Virus record (IMG/VR): IMGVR_UViG_3300050821_009835 | Coordinates: 200,913 to 264,912 of that record | Direction: 5' to 3' (one strand) | DNA: 64,000 nucleotides | Part shown: in pieces, positions 8,833 to 18,358 of the stretch | Layout: the number at the start of each line of letters is the position of its first letter | Position numbering within the stretch: the first letter of the stretch is position 1 | Notes under the pieces: generated by a model | What the model saw: only the letters and a program-made list of their open reading frames with translations | What the model was told of the DNA's origin: nothing | Database searches by the model: none | Position numbers and translations under genes: made by a program

Positions 8833-10404
8833 ATGAAAAAACTCCTCAGCAATTTTTTCTTGGTGATTTTGCTTGCTTCAGCAAGTTTAGCCCAGATTCA
8901 GTCTAGTTTCTTTGGTATGAATCAATCTCATTCCATTGTTTGCCCAAATACTCCACTCAGTTTACAGTATCCGTTGTACGGAGTAAATGCAGCACTTAGA
9001 GATTGGAATTTATGCACTACTCAGTGGGCAGACATAAATTCTGCTAATGGTGTGTACAATTTCGCAAGTCTAGATGGTCTTTTGGCAGGAGCAAAGTCAA
9101 AAAACGTAGATGTGTACATCACGCTAGGAGCTACCCCCAACTGGATATCCTCCAAACCAACAGACACTGCTTGCGACAGAGCCAACAGCTTCGGTCAACC
9201 TGCCGGAATGTGCGATCCTCCTTCCGATATAAACCCAGATGGTACGGGTACGGATACAGCTTGGAGAGCATTCATTACCGCACTAGTTACTCATGTAAGC
9301 ACCAGTAGCTATCTTCAGACGCATGCTCATATCATGTTTTACGAAATTTGGTCTGAGTTTTCTCGTTCAGATAGCATAGGGACCGCAACTTGCAATGCCA
9401 CAGGACCTACCTGTAGCTACCGGGGGACATTCGCCCAGATGCTCAGAATGACGCAAGATTTAAGATGCATAGTAGAAGGTTTTCCAAATGATCCAATCAC
9501 GGCGTTAAATACCACCTGCGGTAACGATAAAACCATGCCAGTAAGAGGGTTAGATCCAACAGCTAGAATAGCAGAAGGTGACGCTGGTGACACTCCTCTG
9601 GATAACGGTAACATTGTCATGCAGAACTATCTGTACTGCAATAATAATCCTCCAGTAAACAGCCAATGTAACTATGGATCTGCGGGAAGTGCAGCGACAG
9701 ATATAATCGACGGTCATCCCTACTTTACCAGCCACGTCCCAGAAGCCCTAATTCCCGTACTTGCAGACATGATCTCCCGCCTGTCATTGACAGATCAAGC
9801 TAAACTTCGATTTGCCAGCGAAGGATCGTGGGGACAGAATTCAACTGTAAATGACCCTATGCTTCAAGCCGCGTATGTCCCAAGATGGTTTGCTGTTTTA
9901 TTGATACAAAAGTTTGACAGAGGATACTGGTGGTCGTGGGACGGTGCTGGTGCTGGGGGAAATGGGGGTTTGTGGAACTCGGTTTCCATGACTTTTCCTC
10001 CCAATCAGTGCAACACAATTGATCCTGTAGTAGGAGGATATGATTGCACAGGTGGGACGGCATTTAGAACTACTATACAGTGGTTTGTTGGAAATACGGT
10101 AACAGGAATAACCTGCCCCACTAGTTGCAGCAACCCAACGTTGGGCGTCTATACCATGACATTCACAGGGGTCAACGGTCAGACGTTTGTCATGGTGTGG
10201 GATAGTTCTCAAACCTCTCCTTGCAGCAATCCCATGTGTGGGCAAACCCCGCTTCCTACATTACCATTTCAAGCAGCAAATTGGCAGGATGTTTTAGGAA
10301 ATAACTATAGCGGGCAGCCAAAAACAATTGGCGCGAGTCCCATTTGGTTAGTAAAGGGAACTGGACCGCTGGCACCACAAAATCTAGGAGCAATCGTAAA
10401 TTAA
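8833..10404 (+). CDS. Secreted clan-A glycoside hydrolase (GH39-like)
   Basis: Signal peptide MKKLLSNFFLVILLASASLA; SFFGM, WADINSANGVYNFASLD, TPNW, YEIWSE, HPY, FASEGSW, RGYWWSWD. Confidence 0.75.
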   Translation: MKKLLSNFFLVILLASASLAQIQSSFFGMNQSHSIVCPNTPLSLQYPLYGVNAALRDWNLCTTQWADINSANGVYNFASLDGLLAGAKSKNVDVYITLGATPNWISSKPTDTACDRANSFGQPAGMCDPPSDINPDGTGTDTAWRAFITALVTHVSTSSYLQTHAHIMFYEIWSEFSRSDSIGTATCNATGPTCSYRGTFAQMLRMTQDLRCIVEGFPNDPITALNTTCGNDKTMPVRGLDPTARIAEGDAGDTPLDNGNIVMQNYLYCNNNPPVNSQCNYGSAGSAATDIIDGHPYFTSHVPEALIPVLADMISRLSLTDQAKLRFASEGSWGQNSTVNDPMLQAAYVPRWFAVLLIQKFDRGYWWSWDGAGAGGNGGLWNSVSMTFPPNQCNTIDPVVGGYDCTGGTAFRTTIQWFVGNTVTGITCPTSCSNPTLGVYTMTFTGVNGQTFVMVWDSSQTSPCSNPMCGQTPLPTLPFQAANWQDVLGNNYSGQPKTIGASPIWLVKGTGPLAPQNLGAIVN

Positions 10405-10414
10405 CGGAGGGAAA

Positions 10415-10672
10415 ATGTTTGTTAAAGATCAAGTAGTTAAAATCCAAAAGGGCCAGAACCATCCATATGTACAGGTCGAGTCTGGGCCATTTAAATTCGT
10501 CAACAGCCCCGAGGATTCTTATCAAGGTTGGATCCTTCTCGAAAAACATCATAATCCATGCAGTGAAACACTCTCCGTTTGCTTCAAAGAAATTGACGCA
10601 ATTTTAGCTTCAGAAGAAGAAATAGCAACTATGACGCAAGGACGGATAAACTTCCATGAGTCTAGCTTCTGA
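10415..10672 (+). CDS. Hypothetical protein
   Basis: GGAGG RBS, 85 aa. Confidence 0.6.
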   Translation: MFVKDQVVKIQKGQNHPYVQVESGPFKFVNSPEDSYQGWILLEKHHNPCSETLSVCFKEIDAILASEEEIATMTQGRINFHESSF

Positions 10673-10976
10673 GGAGTTTGCCAACAAATATTTAAATAAA
10701 TTCTGGATAGAATCTAGCACGGCGGTCTTCACTCGTGAGGAAATCGATGTGCTCAACCGCACTGGACATATCACGGGGGATACAGCGCAACTTCTTTTGG
10801 AACTTTGTTATGATCCTGTACGAGATCTTCATGACTACGCTTGCATCTTCCATAACCGCCATGAGTCTATCCCCTATAATGGAGAACAGTTGATGGGACT
10901 GAAACGTCTTGCTGCCACCCTCATGACTCGGGACGAGCCAAACGGGCTTCGCCAAAATAAATGGATGAAAGGGTAA
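10656..10976 (+). CDS. Hypothetical protein
   Basis: 106 aa, overlaps upstream ORF. Confidence 0.55.
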   Translation: MSLASEEFANKYLNKFWIESSTAVFTREEIDVLNRTGHITGDTAQLLLELCYDPVRDLHDYACIFHNRHESIPYNGEQLMGLKRLAATLMTRDEPNGLRQNKWMKG

Positions 10977-11004
10977 ATCTTCCCGCTACGGAGTATTTAT
11001 ACTA

Positions 11005-11320
11005 GAGACGGTTTGGCTGAACAACACGCAGCCAGCGTGTAAAGCACGGGTCGTGCCGCTGAAAAGCGAAGAAAGTGCGATCTGGTGATACAGTCAATGC
11101 CGCGTAAGGCTGAACACCACTGGATTGTACAATCTAGATGGGCGTAAGAACCGGACAAATCGACATACTCGATGATGGCTGTATCCGGTTGGGAGGCACC
11201 AATCCTTCCCTAGCTGCCGCAAGGCGACTCGTATGGCTGATCCCCTTCGAGGCTAGTGGCCGAATAACGCGACACTGGTTAAGGTTTTGGGGTAATCATT
11301 AGTCCCCACGCCGTCTTTTT
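11005..11320 (+). ncRNA. Unassigned structured ncRNA (about 315 nt)
   Basis: Lies in a 445-bp ORF-free gap. End-to-end helix GAGACGG 11005-11 / CCGTCTT 11311-17 followed by a U-run; many internal helices with GNRA loops. Confidence 0.7.
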
Positions 11321-11330
11321 CATTATTGCC

Positions 11331-11378
11331 ACGGCCTCTGACCCTTGTTATAAAGGGACCTCCTCAGAGGCCGTTTTT
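11331..11378 (+). terminator. Rho-independent terminator-like hairpin
   Basis: ACGGCCTCTGA 11331-41 / TCAGAGGCCGT 11364-74, inner CCCTT/AAGGG, then TTTT. Confidence 0.7.
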
Positions 11379-11421
11379 ATAGCCGTTTTGTTGTAGAGAG
11401 TCGTAGAATGTTAGCATCAAC

Positions 11422-11640
11422 ATGACAGGCGAACGTCTATCTAAAACCCAAGAACTCATCGAGCTAATTTTGGCAGATCTATATAAACGAGAAATCCTCT
11501 CAACGGTAACTCATATCCCAACGATTCTTCTGTATTCCCCAGATCAACTGCGGAAGATGTTAAACAAACACTTATCCGGGCGTTGTTTATCTCAGAATAA
11601 AGAAACCTCTTCCGAGATAAGACTTCTCGGGAGAAAGTAA
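11422..11640 (+). CDS. Hypothetical protein
   Basis: 72-aa ORF upstream of the Clp ATPase. Confidence 0.45.
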   Translation: MTGERLSKTQELIELILADLYKREILSTVTHIPTILLYSPDQLRKMLNKHLSGRCLSQNKETSSEIRLLGRK

Positions 11641-11667
11641 ATTTTAGGACACAATACAGAGGCACTC

Positions 11668-12840
11668 ATGATGGGAACGGGCGTAAAAGCAGCAAAACTT
11701 GACCCCAAAAAGAAGTCCAACGATGCTGTAGAATTTGAAAAAGCTCTCCAGCGCAAAATCGTCGGCCAGGAAGCTGCCGTCGAGAAGATGGTTGAAATCT
11801 ACCAGATGTTCCTGGCTGGGTTGAATCCTCCGGGACGGCCCGTCGGCAATCTGCTTTTTCTCGGACCCACCGGAACTGGTAAAACGCGAGTCGTGGAAGC
11901 CATGGCCGAGAGTCTGTTTGGAGATGCACGCGCCTGCATCAAAATTGATTGTGCAGAATTTCAGCACTCTCACGAAATCGCCAAATTAGTGGGTTCTCCT
12001 CCAGGATATCTTGGTCATCGTGAAACTCACCCCGTTCTTACTCAAGAAGCATTGAATCAATGGCATACGGGTACGCTGAAACTCTCTATTCTCCTTTTTG
12101 ACGAAATTGAAAAGGCTTCGGATGCCCTCTGGCAGTTGCTGCTCGGTATTCTCGACAAAGCCACGCTAACTCTCGGCGATAACCACCGAGTGGATCTGTC
12201 ACAGTGCATCATCATCATGACCTCAAATCTAGGAGCAAGTGAGATGTCAAAGCTCCAGGGCGACGAAGAGAGGATGGGTTTTTCCAAAAAGATTGAGCTC
12301 GAAGATGTAGATGATGATAAGATAGAGGCAGAGGCCAAAGAAGCTTGTAAAAGAAAATTCACCCCGGAATTTATGAATCGTATCGACAAAATTGTAACTT
12401 TCAAAACTCTGCGAGAGGCGCATCTGAAGCAGATTCTAGACATTGAGATTGGCATGGTGCAACAACGTGTGTTGATGGCCTCTGCTGGTAATCAATTTGT
12501 CTTCAAATGTGATGATTTAGCCAAGAATTTTTTGCTCAAAGAAGGTTCGGATGCAAAATATGGTGCACGCCACTTAAAGCGGGCGATCGAAAGATTCTTA
12601 GTTTTCCCTCTAGCTAATCTTGTTGCAACAAAACAGGTTAAATTGGGCGATCTTATTCTTGTTTCTCTGGATAAAGAAGGTAAGGAATTAACCTTTACCA
12701 AAGAAGCGGAAAACGCCATGGTGGAAGCCTTGATGGCAACTTACGGTCGAGAGTCCATTGTACCAGCAACTCCCCTTGCTAAACCGTATGAATTTGGAAA
12801 AGAAAAGCCGCTAACTGCAACTAAGCCATATTACATATGA
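11668..12840 (+). CDS. Single-module ClpB/ClpC NBD2-like AAA+ ATPase
   Basis: IVGQ; Walker A LGPTGTGKT; pore loop GSPPGYLG; Walker B LLFDEIEK; TSN; PEFMNRID; GAR.LKR. No N-domain or NBD1. Confidence 0.9.
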   Translation: MMGTGVKAAKLDPKKKSNDAVEFEKALQRKIVGQEAAVEKMVEIYQMFLAGLNPPGRPVGNLLFLGPTGTGKTRVVEAMAESLFGDARACIKIDCAEFQHSHEIAKLVGSPPGYLGHRETHPVLTQEALNQWHTGTLKLSILLFDEIEKASDALWQLLLGILDKATLTLGDNHRVDLSQCIIIMTSNLGASEMSKLQGDEERMGFSKKIELEDVDDDKIEAEAKEACKRKFTPEFMNRIDKIVTFKTLREAHLKQILDIEIGMVQQRVLMASAGNQFVFKCDDLAKNFLLKEGSDAKYGARHLKRAIERFLVFPLANLVATKQVKLGDLILVSLDKEGKELTFTKEAENAMVEALMATYGRESIVPATPLAKPYEFGKEKPLTATKPYYI

Positions 12841-12842
12841 AC

Positions 12843-13892
12843 TTAAACCCGAGGCAGCATTAAACGTGAAGAACCAGGTTGGGGTTCCTCTACGATTTTG
12901 CGTATTTTGCGCCAATCGCGTTTTGGCATTTCTAGTTTTGCAAGCAGGGCTTCGCTTCGCTTTAGTCGTTTTCTTAGCGGTTTGAGAATTTCTGCTATTT
13001 GCATTTTAATAGAGGCGCTTTCTCGCTTTTGTCTTCCAATCTGATTTTCCGTTTCTTCTTCTGTTATTGATTTCCCTGCCCATTTTAATGGGAGAGTAGC
13101 ACAAATTGATGCCATTGTGTGACCAACCCCTCTGTAGGGAAAAAATCGGCTAATTTTGTAATCAGAGCCTTTAAAGACATGAGCTAGGACAGCAGGCACG
13201 ACGTCATGGGGAATGTAACCCGGCTTTTTCTCAAGGTGGCATTCCTTAGTGATGGGTTGGATGACACTGTTCACCATCTTCCTTCCCCATTTACTTCTAG
13301 GCTGTCGTAACGGTGCTCCTACTAATCGAGCTAATTTATCAAAAGCCTCTCGACCAAATTTCCCACGACGAACGGAGTTAGTAAATGAGATAGATTCTAT
13401 ACCGGAGGTTAAGACTTGGGTGGCCAGGGCCACTTCATAATCTCCGAATACAGCTACAAGATCAGCGTCGACGTCGGATACAATTTCAGGTAATGGGCTA
13501 AACGGATAGTGATATTCGTCGCCACCTTCTTGAAGTCTTTTGATGACTTCTAGTAAATCCCCTTCTATCACTCGTCCTTCAAAATTGTTGGCGTTGGCGT
13601 AATTCAGGATTTCACGAGCAGTTTTAGAATCATTTTCTACGAAAACCATCTGAGAATCAAGAAAACCTCGTAGTCTAAGTTCTTCCACATGACGTGCAAA
13701 AGAGCCAAAATGCGGGCTTCCCATAGTTGCCACAGCCAAGCCTTCGCGAGGATGACTTCGGGGATTCAAGACTCTAAGAATTTCCTGGGTGCTACGCTGT
13801 TTTCCTTGAGAATTGGTGTTGTGGTTGACGTGGCATTTTTTGCGACTTCGATTCAGAGTGGTTAGTTTCCTGAAGCTAATTGTTCCCCTCAT
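12843..13892 (-). CDS. Hypothetical protein, possibly a Rossmann-fold methyltransferase-like
   Basis: Spacing of MVFVEND, IEGDLLEVI and DVDADL resembles class I MTase motifs II-IV. Glycine-rich motif I is degenerate. Confidence 0.35.
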   Translation of the reverse strand: MRGTISFRKLTTLNRSRKKCHVNHNTNSQGKQRSTQEILRVLNPRSHPREGLAVATMGSPHFGSFARHVEELRLRGFLDSQMVFVENDSKTAREILNYANANNFEGRVIEGDLLEVIKRLQEGGDEYHYPFSPLPEIVSDVDADLVAVFGDYEVALATQVLTSGIESISFTNSVRRGKFGREAFDKLARLVGAPLRQPRSKWGRKMVNSVIQPITKECHLEKKPGYIPHDVVPAVLAHVFKGSDYKISRFFPYRGVGHTMASICATLPLKWAGKSITEEETENQIGRQKRESASIKMQIAEILKPLRKRLKRSEALLAKLEMPKRDWRKIRKIVEEPQPGSSRLMLPRV

Positions 13893-13967
13893 CTAAATTC
13901 TCCTTAAGGCTTCATTATACGGCAGAGATGGAGAAATCAGTTATCCCTTATAAAGAAAGTATTAAAC

Positions 13968-14684
13968 ATGCGGGGAACGCTTGCATTGGCCGAAGAATTC
14001 ACGCCGTGGTCTGTAGACGTTGATTGGGAAACTGACAATCTCAATAATGTCTATGTCAAACACAGCATAAATCCTGAACGTCTTGAACAAATCAAGCGCG
14101 AGATAGAATTTGCTGACTTGGTCGAGGACTTGACTGGAAAATACGGCTCGGAGATAAGCTGCCCTTTTCATGGCACTGACTCAACCCCTTCCTTCTATAT
14201 TTATCCCGTCTCTAGAGGTAACAACGGATGGTGCTTCGGTTGTCCGCCAGGCCACCAATATTGGGACCATGTACGTTTTGTTAAAGAACTCCTTGGGTAC
14301 AGTTATCCGAAGGCCGTTGAATATCTAGAAAAACAATACAGCCTACCGTTCATTCCCGATGTAGAAGAGGAAATCGAAGAAGAGGAGGAAACGGGTGAGG
14401 TCACAATTACTGTTGAACCAGAGGATTTGACTGAACTTTTTGTACTCCACGCACGCCGCGAAATACAAACTAATCGTGATACTGAGCAAGCTGAAGAGTT
14501 CTTACGTATTTATTTTGAGGCCGAGAAACTTGTTATAGACGCCAAAGCTCTCAATGAATCGAATGAGCTTGAAGATCCCCAAGAGCGTCGTGAAGAAGTG
14601 AATCGGATGAGAACTCTAGCAGCCATTAAGTTGGCAAGAGTATTAGGAACTGAAGTTGTGGATCAAGTCGTGGGGTCGAAATGA
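13968..14684 (+). CDS. Stand-alone CHC2 zinc-finger protein (DnaG primase Zn-binding domain-like)
   Basis: ISCPFHGTDSTPSFYIY...GWCFGC...DHVRFV.E..G.SY..AVEYL. Confidence 0.85.
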   Translation: MRGTLALAEEFTPWSVDVDWETDNLNNVYVKHSINPERLEQIKREIEFADLVEDLTGKYGSEISCPFHGTDSTPSFYIYPVSRGNNGWCFGCPPGHQYWDHVRFVKELLGYSYPKAVEYLEKQYSLPFIPDVEEEIEEEEETGEVTITVEPEDLTELFVLHARREIQTNRDTEQAEEFLRIYFEAEKLVIDAKALNESNELEDPQERREEVNRMRTLAAIKLARVLGTEVVDQVVGSK

Positions 14685-17600
14685 AGGTTGTACAAGTAGA
14701 TATCAAGCCTGCTTCACTTAGGAAAATCCGTAAAATCAAACCTAAAAAACTTAAGAAGCCCAAGCCGCGTCGTGACCTTCACACGATGTTCCGTAGACAT
14801 CTTTCCACTCTTGATGTTGAGAAGTTAAAGAAGCCCTGGATGGCTTCTAAAGCCTTTCGTTTGATTGACACTAAAGACGCGCTTTGGGAATGGGCGCGGG
14901 GTATCATGGCGGATAAATCCCGTTATCATCTTAATCCAATTGCTAAACAGGAGATGCCTGTCATAGCAGTTGACACGGAAAACACTGGACTAGATACACG
15001 TATCATCACGATCATTGATGAAAACCCTGATGGTACTTTATCTTTTCGTTACGAAGTTAACATTGAAGTTGCCGGATTATGTTTATCAGCCGATGGTATT
15101 GAGGGCATCTATGTCCCGGTTAATCACGAGTTTGGGGCTTGGGTGCGTCCGATCTACGACCCAGCAGATCCCTCTAAAATTATAGAGGAAGGGTACTGGG
15201 GTCCGGCTGTTAACGTCAGCCGTGAAGATGTAGCTGAAGTTCTCCAATGGTTATTTGATCAATGCCATCTTGTCTTTTATAATGCTAAATACGATCGTGA
15301 AGTTATTCGTGTCACACTAGGCATTAACTTCCGGGGCTACCCGTTCTTTGAAGACGTTCAGGTGATGCAATATATCAATGATCCCAAGGCAGACTTGGGC
15401 GACAGGGGCAAATATACTGGTGACAGCGGCGGCCTAAAATCCCTGTCCGCAAATGTTCTTGGCTTGGATCAGATTCATTCTGAGGATTTGCTCAAAGTTA
15501 GAGCCGATTTCTTCAACCCAGTGGGTAACAAAACCACGCTTCGTGTTCAATATGCCCCGTTCACTTGGCTTCCAACTGAAGTGGCTCTTTGGTATGCGGC
15601 AGCTGACTCTATTTGCACCTGGCTTTTGTGGTTTCAAATGAAGAACAAAGCGCGGGAACGCGGTCTTGTTCATCGTATTGATCACGAGTTAGTAGAGTCC
15701 TTGACTTATTTAGAGCGGCAGCGTTTCATCGTAGACATCGCAAAACATAAACGCACGGTTAATTGGCACGATCGTATGCTGTCTGAGATGGGAGCCAAGT
15801 TACGCCTGATGGCGTTGGAGGCTGGATTTGTAGAGGAAAAGAACCCAGACGGTACTGTTGATCCTGATAATCGTTTCAACCCAGACAGCAATCCTCAGTT
15901 GGGGAAATTTCTCTTTGGTGTAAAGAGATTCAAAGTTATACGGATGGGAAAACTTCTCCCATCCGTAGACGCTGAAGTTATCAAGGAATTGCAGAAGCAA
16001 CATCCCGAAGATGAATTCCTTAAGTTGTTCTCTAGATACAAAGCATATGTTGCTCTTCATCCCGAGAGCCTGCGCTTTGATACTCGTGATAATTCCGCTC
16101 GTGTCTATCTAAAGCAGAACGTGGTAGCTGGTGGACGCCTGGCTGCTGCTGGAGGAGACTTTGACATCGATGGTGGGTTTGGTCTTAACCCGCAAGGCAT
16201 TAAACGTGTAGAAGGTAACTGGTGGGTTCGTGGCAACGTGCTGGAACCAGATAATGTTCCGGAAGATCAGGTTGAAGAATACACTGAAGCTGATCTACAC
16301 CCATCTTGTTTCAAAGAAGATAAGGGCATAAAGAAGAAAGCACCCGGGATTGTCAAAAACCACATCGGCAATTATATGGGCTACGCTATTTGCCTTGTCC
16401 CTAAGTGTACTTCTTGCGCTAACAGGCATGGTGTCTTATTAGCGGATTCACGCATGGACGCTAATCAGGTGGTCAATATCCGCACCTTGATGGTTGCGCC
16501 TCCAGGTTTTACCTTCTTCACAATCGATTATAGCAACATTGAAATGCGAGCAGCGGCTAACTGCTCAGGTGAACCGGAATTCATTAAGGAATTCTTAGAG
16601 GGTAAGGGAGATTTTCACTCGCTAACCGCCAGCAAGGTGTTCCCGGCTTTCAACGACCCAAACATCGACAAAGCTGTCAAGAAAGCTCTGCGTTCCCTTG
16701 CTAAGATCATCAACTTTGCCTTGCTGTATGGTGGTACGGAGTACACAATCTATGAGAACATGAAGAAGGAAAAACCGGACATTACTTGGGATGAATGTAA
16801 GGATATGGTCGCCAAGTACTGGGAAGGAGTTCCTGTTTTTGCTGAGTTCTGTAACAAGAAACAGACTATTGCTCGCGAAAAGATGACCTGCACCACAAGT
16901 ACAGGTCGTGTTATTTACTTCAAGTCTGCGATGGATGCTTTAGGCATTCATATGCCCAATGAATCAGAGAAGGATAACTACTGGCAATACCGTAATTTAC
17001 AGAAGAAGGAAGAAGAAGCTAAAAAACAAGGGAACGAAGATCTTGCAGCTAAATGTAAGGTGTTGTATGATCGTATGTGGAAGGATCAAACCACAGGCGT
17101 TCGCAACTACCAAGACTACAATCGTTTCATGGGTAAGATTCAGCGCGTGGCTGTCAATGTACCTCTCCAGGGTCTGGCTGGTGATTTCATGCGTATCAGC
17201 TTGAATCGTATCCGTGCTTGGGCATTGAGCAATCCCATTATTCAATCCGTATTCCGGCTCTTTTGTTCAGTTCATGATGAAATCGATTTCGCCGTTAAGA
17301 ACGAATATTGCCCATTCGTATTGCCTCGTTTGACGCGTCTCATGAAGCTGCGTAAATACCACGAGAAAATGAAGTGGCCCGTCCCGGTTGAGTGTGATTG
17401 CGAATATGGTTTATCATGGGATGTTGAACACCACTTAACAGGTGATGAAGGGCACAAGCCCGCTGGATGGTCTAAAGTTCCGGGAATGGAAAACTACATT
17501 CCCGATGGGGTAGATCCGGTCGATATCAAGACTTTGCGAGATGCCATCGTATCGGGTGATATTCTCCGTAAAACTAACGCTGAGAAATTCCTTAAAGAAA

Positions 17601-18295
17601 ACTTGCATCCACGTTGTGATGAAGCCATTAAAGTAGCACTGGCTCAGACTCAACCTCAAGCTGCTTTACAGGCAATCATCATCGCTTTCCAACTTGATGA
17701 GTATTGGAAAATCGATCATATCCCCGACGGGCAGGACGATACCATGGAGACGTTGGAGCAATTTGAAGCTCGCAACGGTCTTACGGCGAAAGACCGAGGC
17801 GTTATGCCAGAGATGGGTTATTTAGGAGCTATCCCGTTAACGGCGAATATCAAGAGACCGACTCTCCAGGTTCTGGGTAAGGACGTACCTGCTGAAGACG
17901 TTACAATCGTCGTTTCCGATACAGAGATCGCCGTAGAGGAACCTTGTCAGAATTCAGGACCCATAGTGTCAGATTGCGAAGATTGTCACCCAGACCATGA
18001 ATGCCCTGGGCCAAGTACATCGGATGAAGATGTTATAGGAGATTTCGTGAAAAAGAAGCCTGTTGCTGAAACGATTTCAATACAGCCTCCATTGGTACCA
18101 TCTACACCTGGGGCTGAAATCCCAGAATTGATTGATATGGATGCGACGACTATTAAACAATTCAAAACTGCTATGGGAGTTGGAAGGAACAAGATTCGAG
18201 TTCGGTATCAAGGCACGTTATTGGATCTTGGAGATGTTTCATTGACAAAGATCCCGGATGAGTTTATCCATAAGGAGCAACCTGTTGGTGCGTAA
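14681..18295 (+). CDS. Family A DNA polymerase with 3'-5' exonuclease
   Basis: ExoI AVDTENTG, ExoII FYNAKYD, ExoIII YAAAD; motif A IDYSNIEMR, motif B RSLAKIINFALLYG, motif C SVHDEI. Confidence 0.95.
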   Translation: MKVVQVDIKPASLRKIRKIKPKKLKKPKPRRDLHTMFRRHLSTLDVEKLKKPWMASKAFRLIDTKDALWEWARGIMADKSRYHLNPIAKQEMPVIAVDTENTGLDTRIITIIDENPDGTLSFRYEVNIEVAGLCLSADGIEGIYVPVNHEFGAWVRPIYDPADPSKIIEEGYWGPAVNVSREDVAEVLQWLFDQCHLVFYNAKYDREVIRVTLGINFRGYPFFEDVQVMQYINDPKADLGDRGKYTGDSGGLKSLSANVLGLDQIHSEDLLKVRADFFNPVGNKTTLRVQYAPFTWLPTEVALWYAAADSICTWLLWFQMKNKARERGLVHRIDHELVESLTYLERQRFIVDIAKHKRTVNWHDRMLSEMGAKLRLMALEAGFVEEKNPDGTVDPDNRFNPDSNPQLGKFLFGVKRFKVIRMGKLLPSVDAEVIKELQKQHPEDEFLKLFSRYKAYVALHPESLRFDTRDNSARVYLKQNVVAGGRLAAAGGDFDIDGGFGLNPQGIKRVEGNWWVRGNVLEPDNVPEDQVEEYTEADLHPSCFKEDKGIKKKAPGIVKNHIGNYMGYAICLVPKCTSCANRHGVLLADSRMDANQVVNIRTLMVAPPGFTFFTIDYSNIEMRAAANCSGEPEFIKEFLEGKGDFHSLTASKVFPAFNDPNIDKAVKKALRSLAKIINFALLYGGTEYTIYENMKKEKPDITWDECKDMVAKYWEGVPVFAEFCNKKQTIAREKMTCTTSTGRVIYFKSAMDALGIHMPNESEKDNYWQYRNLQKKEEEAKKQGNEDLAAKCKVLYDRMWKDQTTGVRNYQDYNRFMGKIQRVAVNVPLQGLAGDFMRISLNRIRAWALSNPIIQSVFRLFCSVHDEIDFAVKNEYCPFVLPRLTRLMKLRKYHEKMKWPVPVECDCEYGLSWDVEHHLTGDEGHKPAGWSKVPGMENYIPDGVDPVDIKTLRDAIVSGDILRKTNAEKFLKENLHPRCDEAIKVALAQTQPQAALQAIIIAFQLDEYWKIDHIPDGQDDTMETLEQFEARNGLTAKDRGVMPEMGYLGAIPLTANIKRPTLQVLGKDVPAEDVTIVVSDTEIAVEEPCQNSGPIVSDCEDCHPDHECPGPSTSDEDVIGDFVKKKPVAETISIQPPLVPSTPGAEIPELIDMDATTIKQFKTAMGVGRNKIRVRYQGTLLDLGDVSLTKIPDEFIHKEQPVGA

Positions 18296-18358
18296 AGAAG
18301 ACAAAGGCTTGAATTGGTTTAAGGTCACTAAGTTTTGTCCTAAGTATGGAGAAACAAA

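Noticed and set aside
11220-11310. Group I P7-like pair (GcGACT / AGTCC) in the unknown RNA
   Set aside because: No P1 U.G, no flanking split gene, no convincing P3 or J8/7, and AGTCC competes with the TGGGG/CCCCA helix. Not assignable as an intron.
11995-12006. GSPP in the Clp ATPase counted as part of the virion motif
   Set aside because: It is the conserved Clp pore-loop sequence (GSPPGY) and unrelated.
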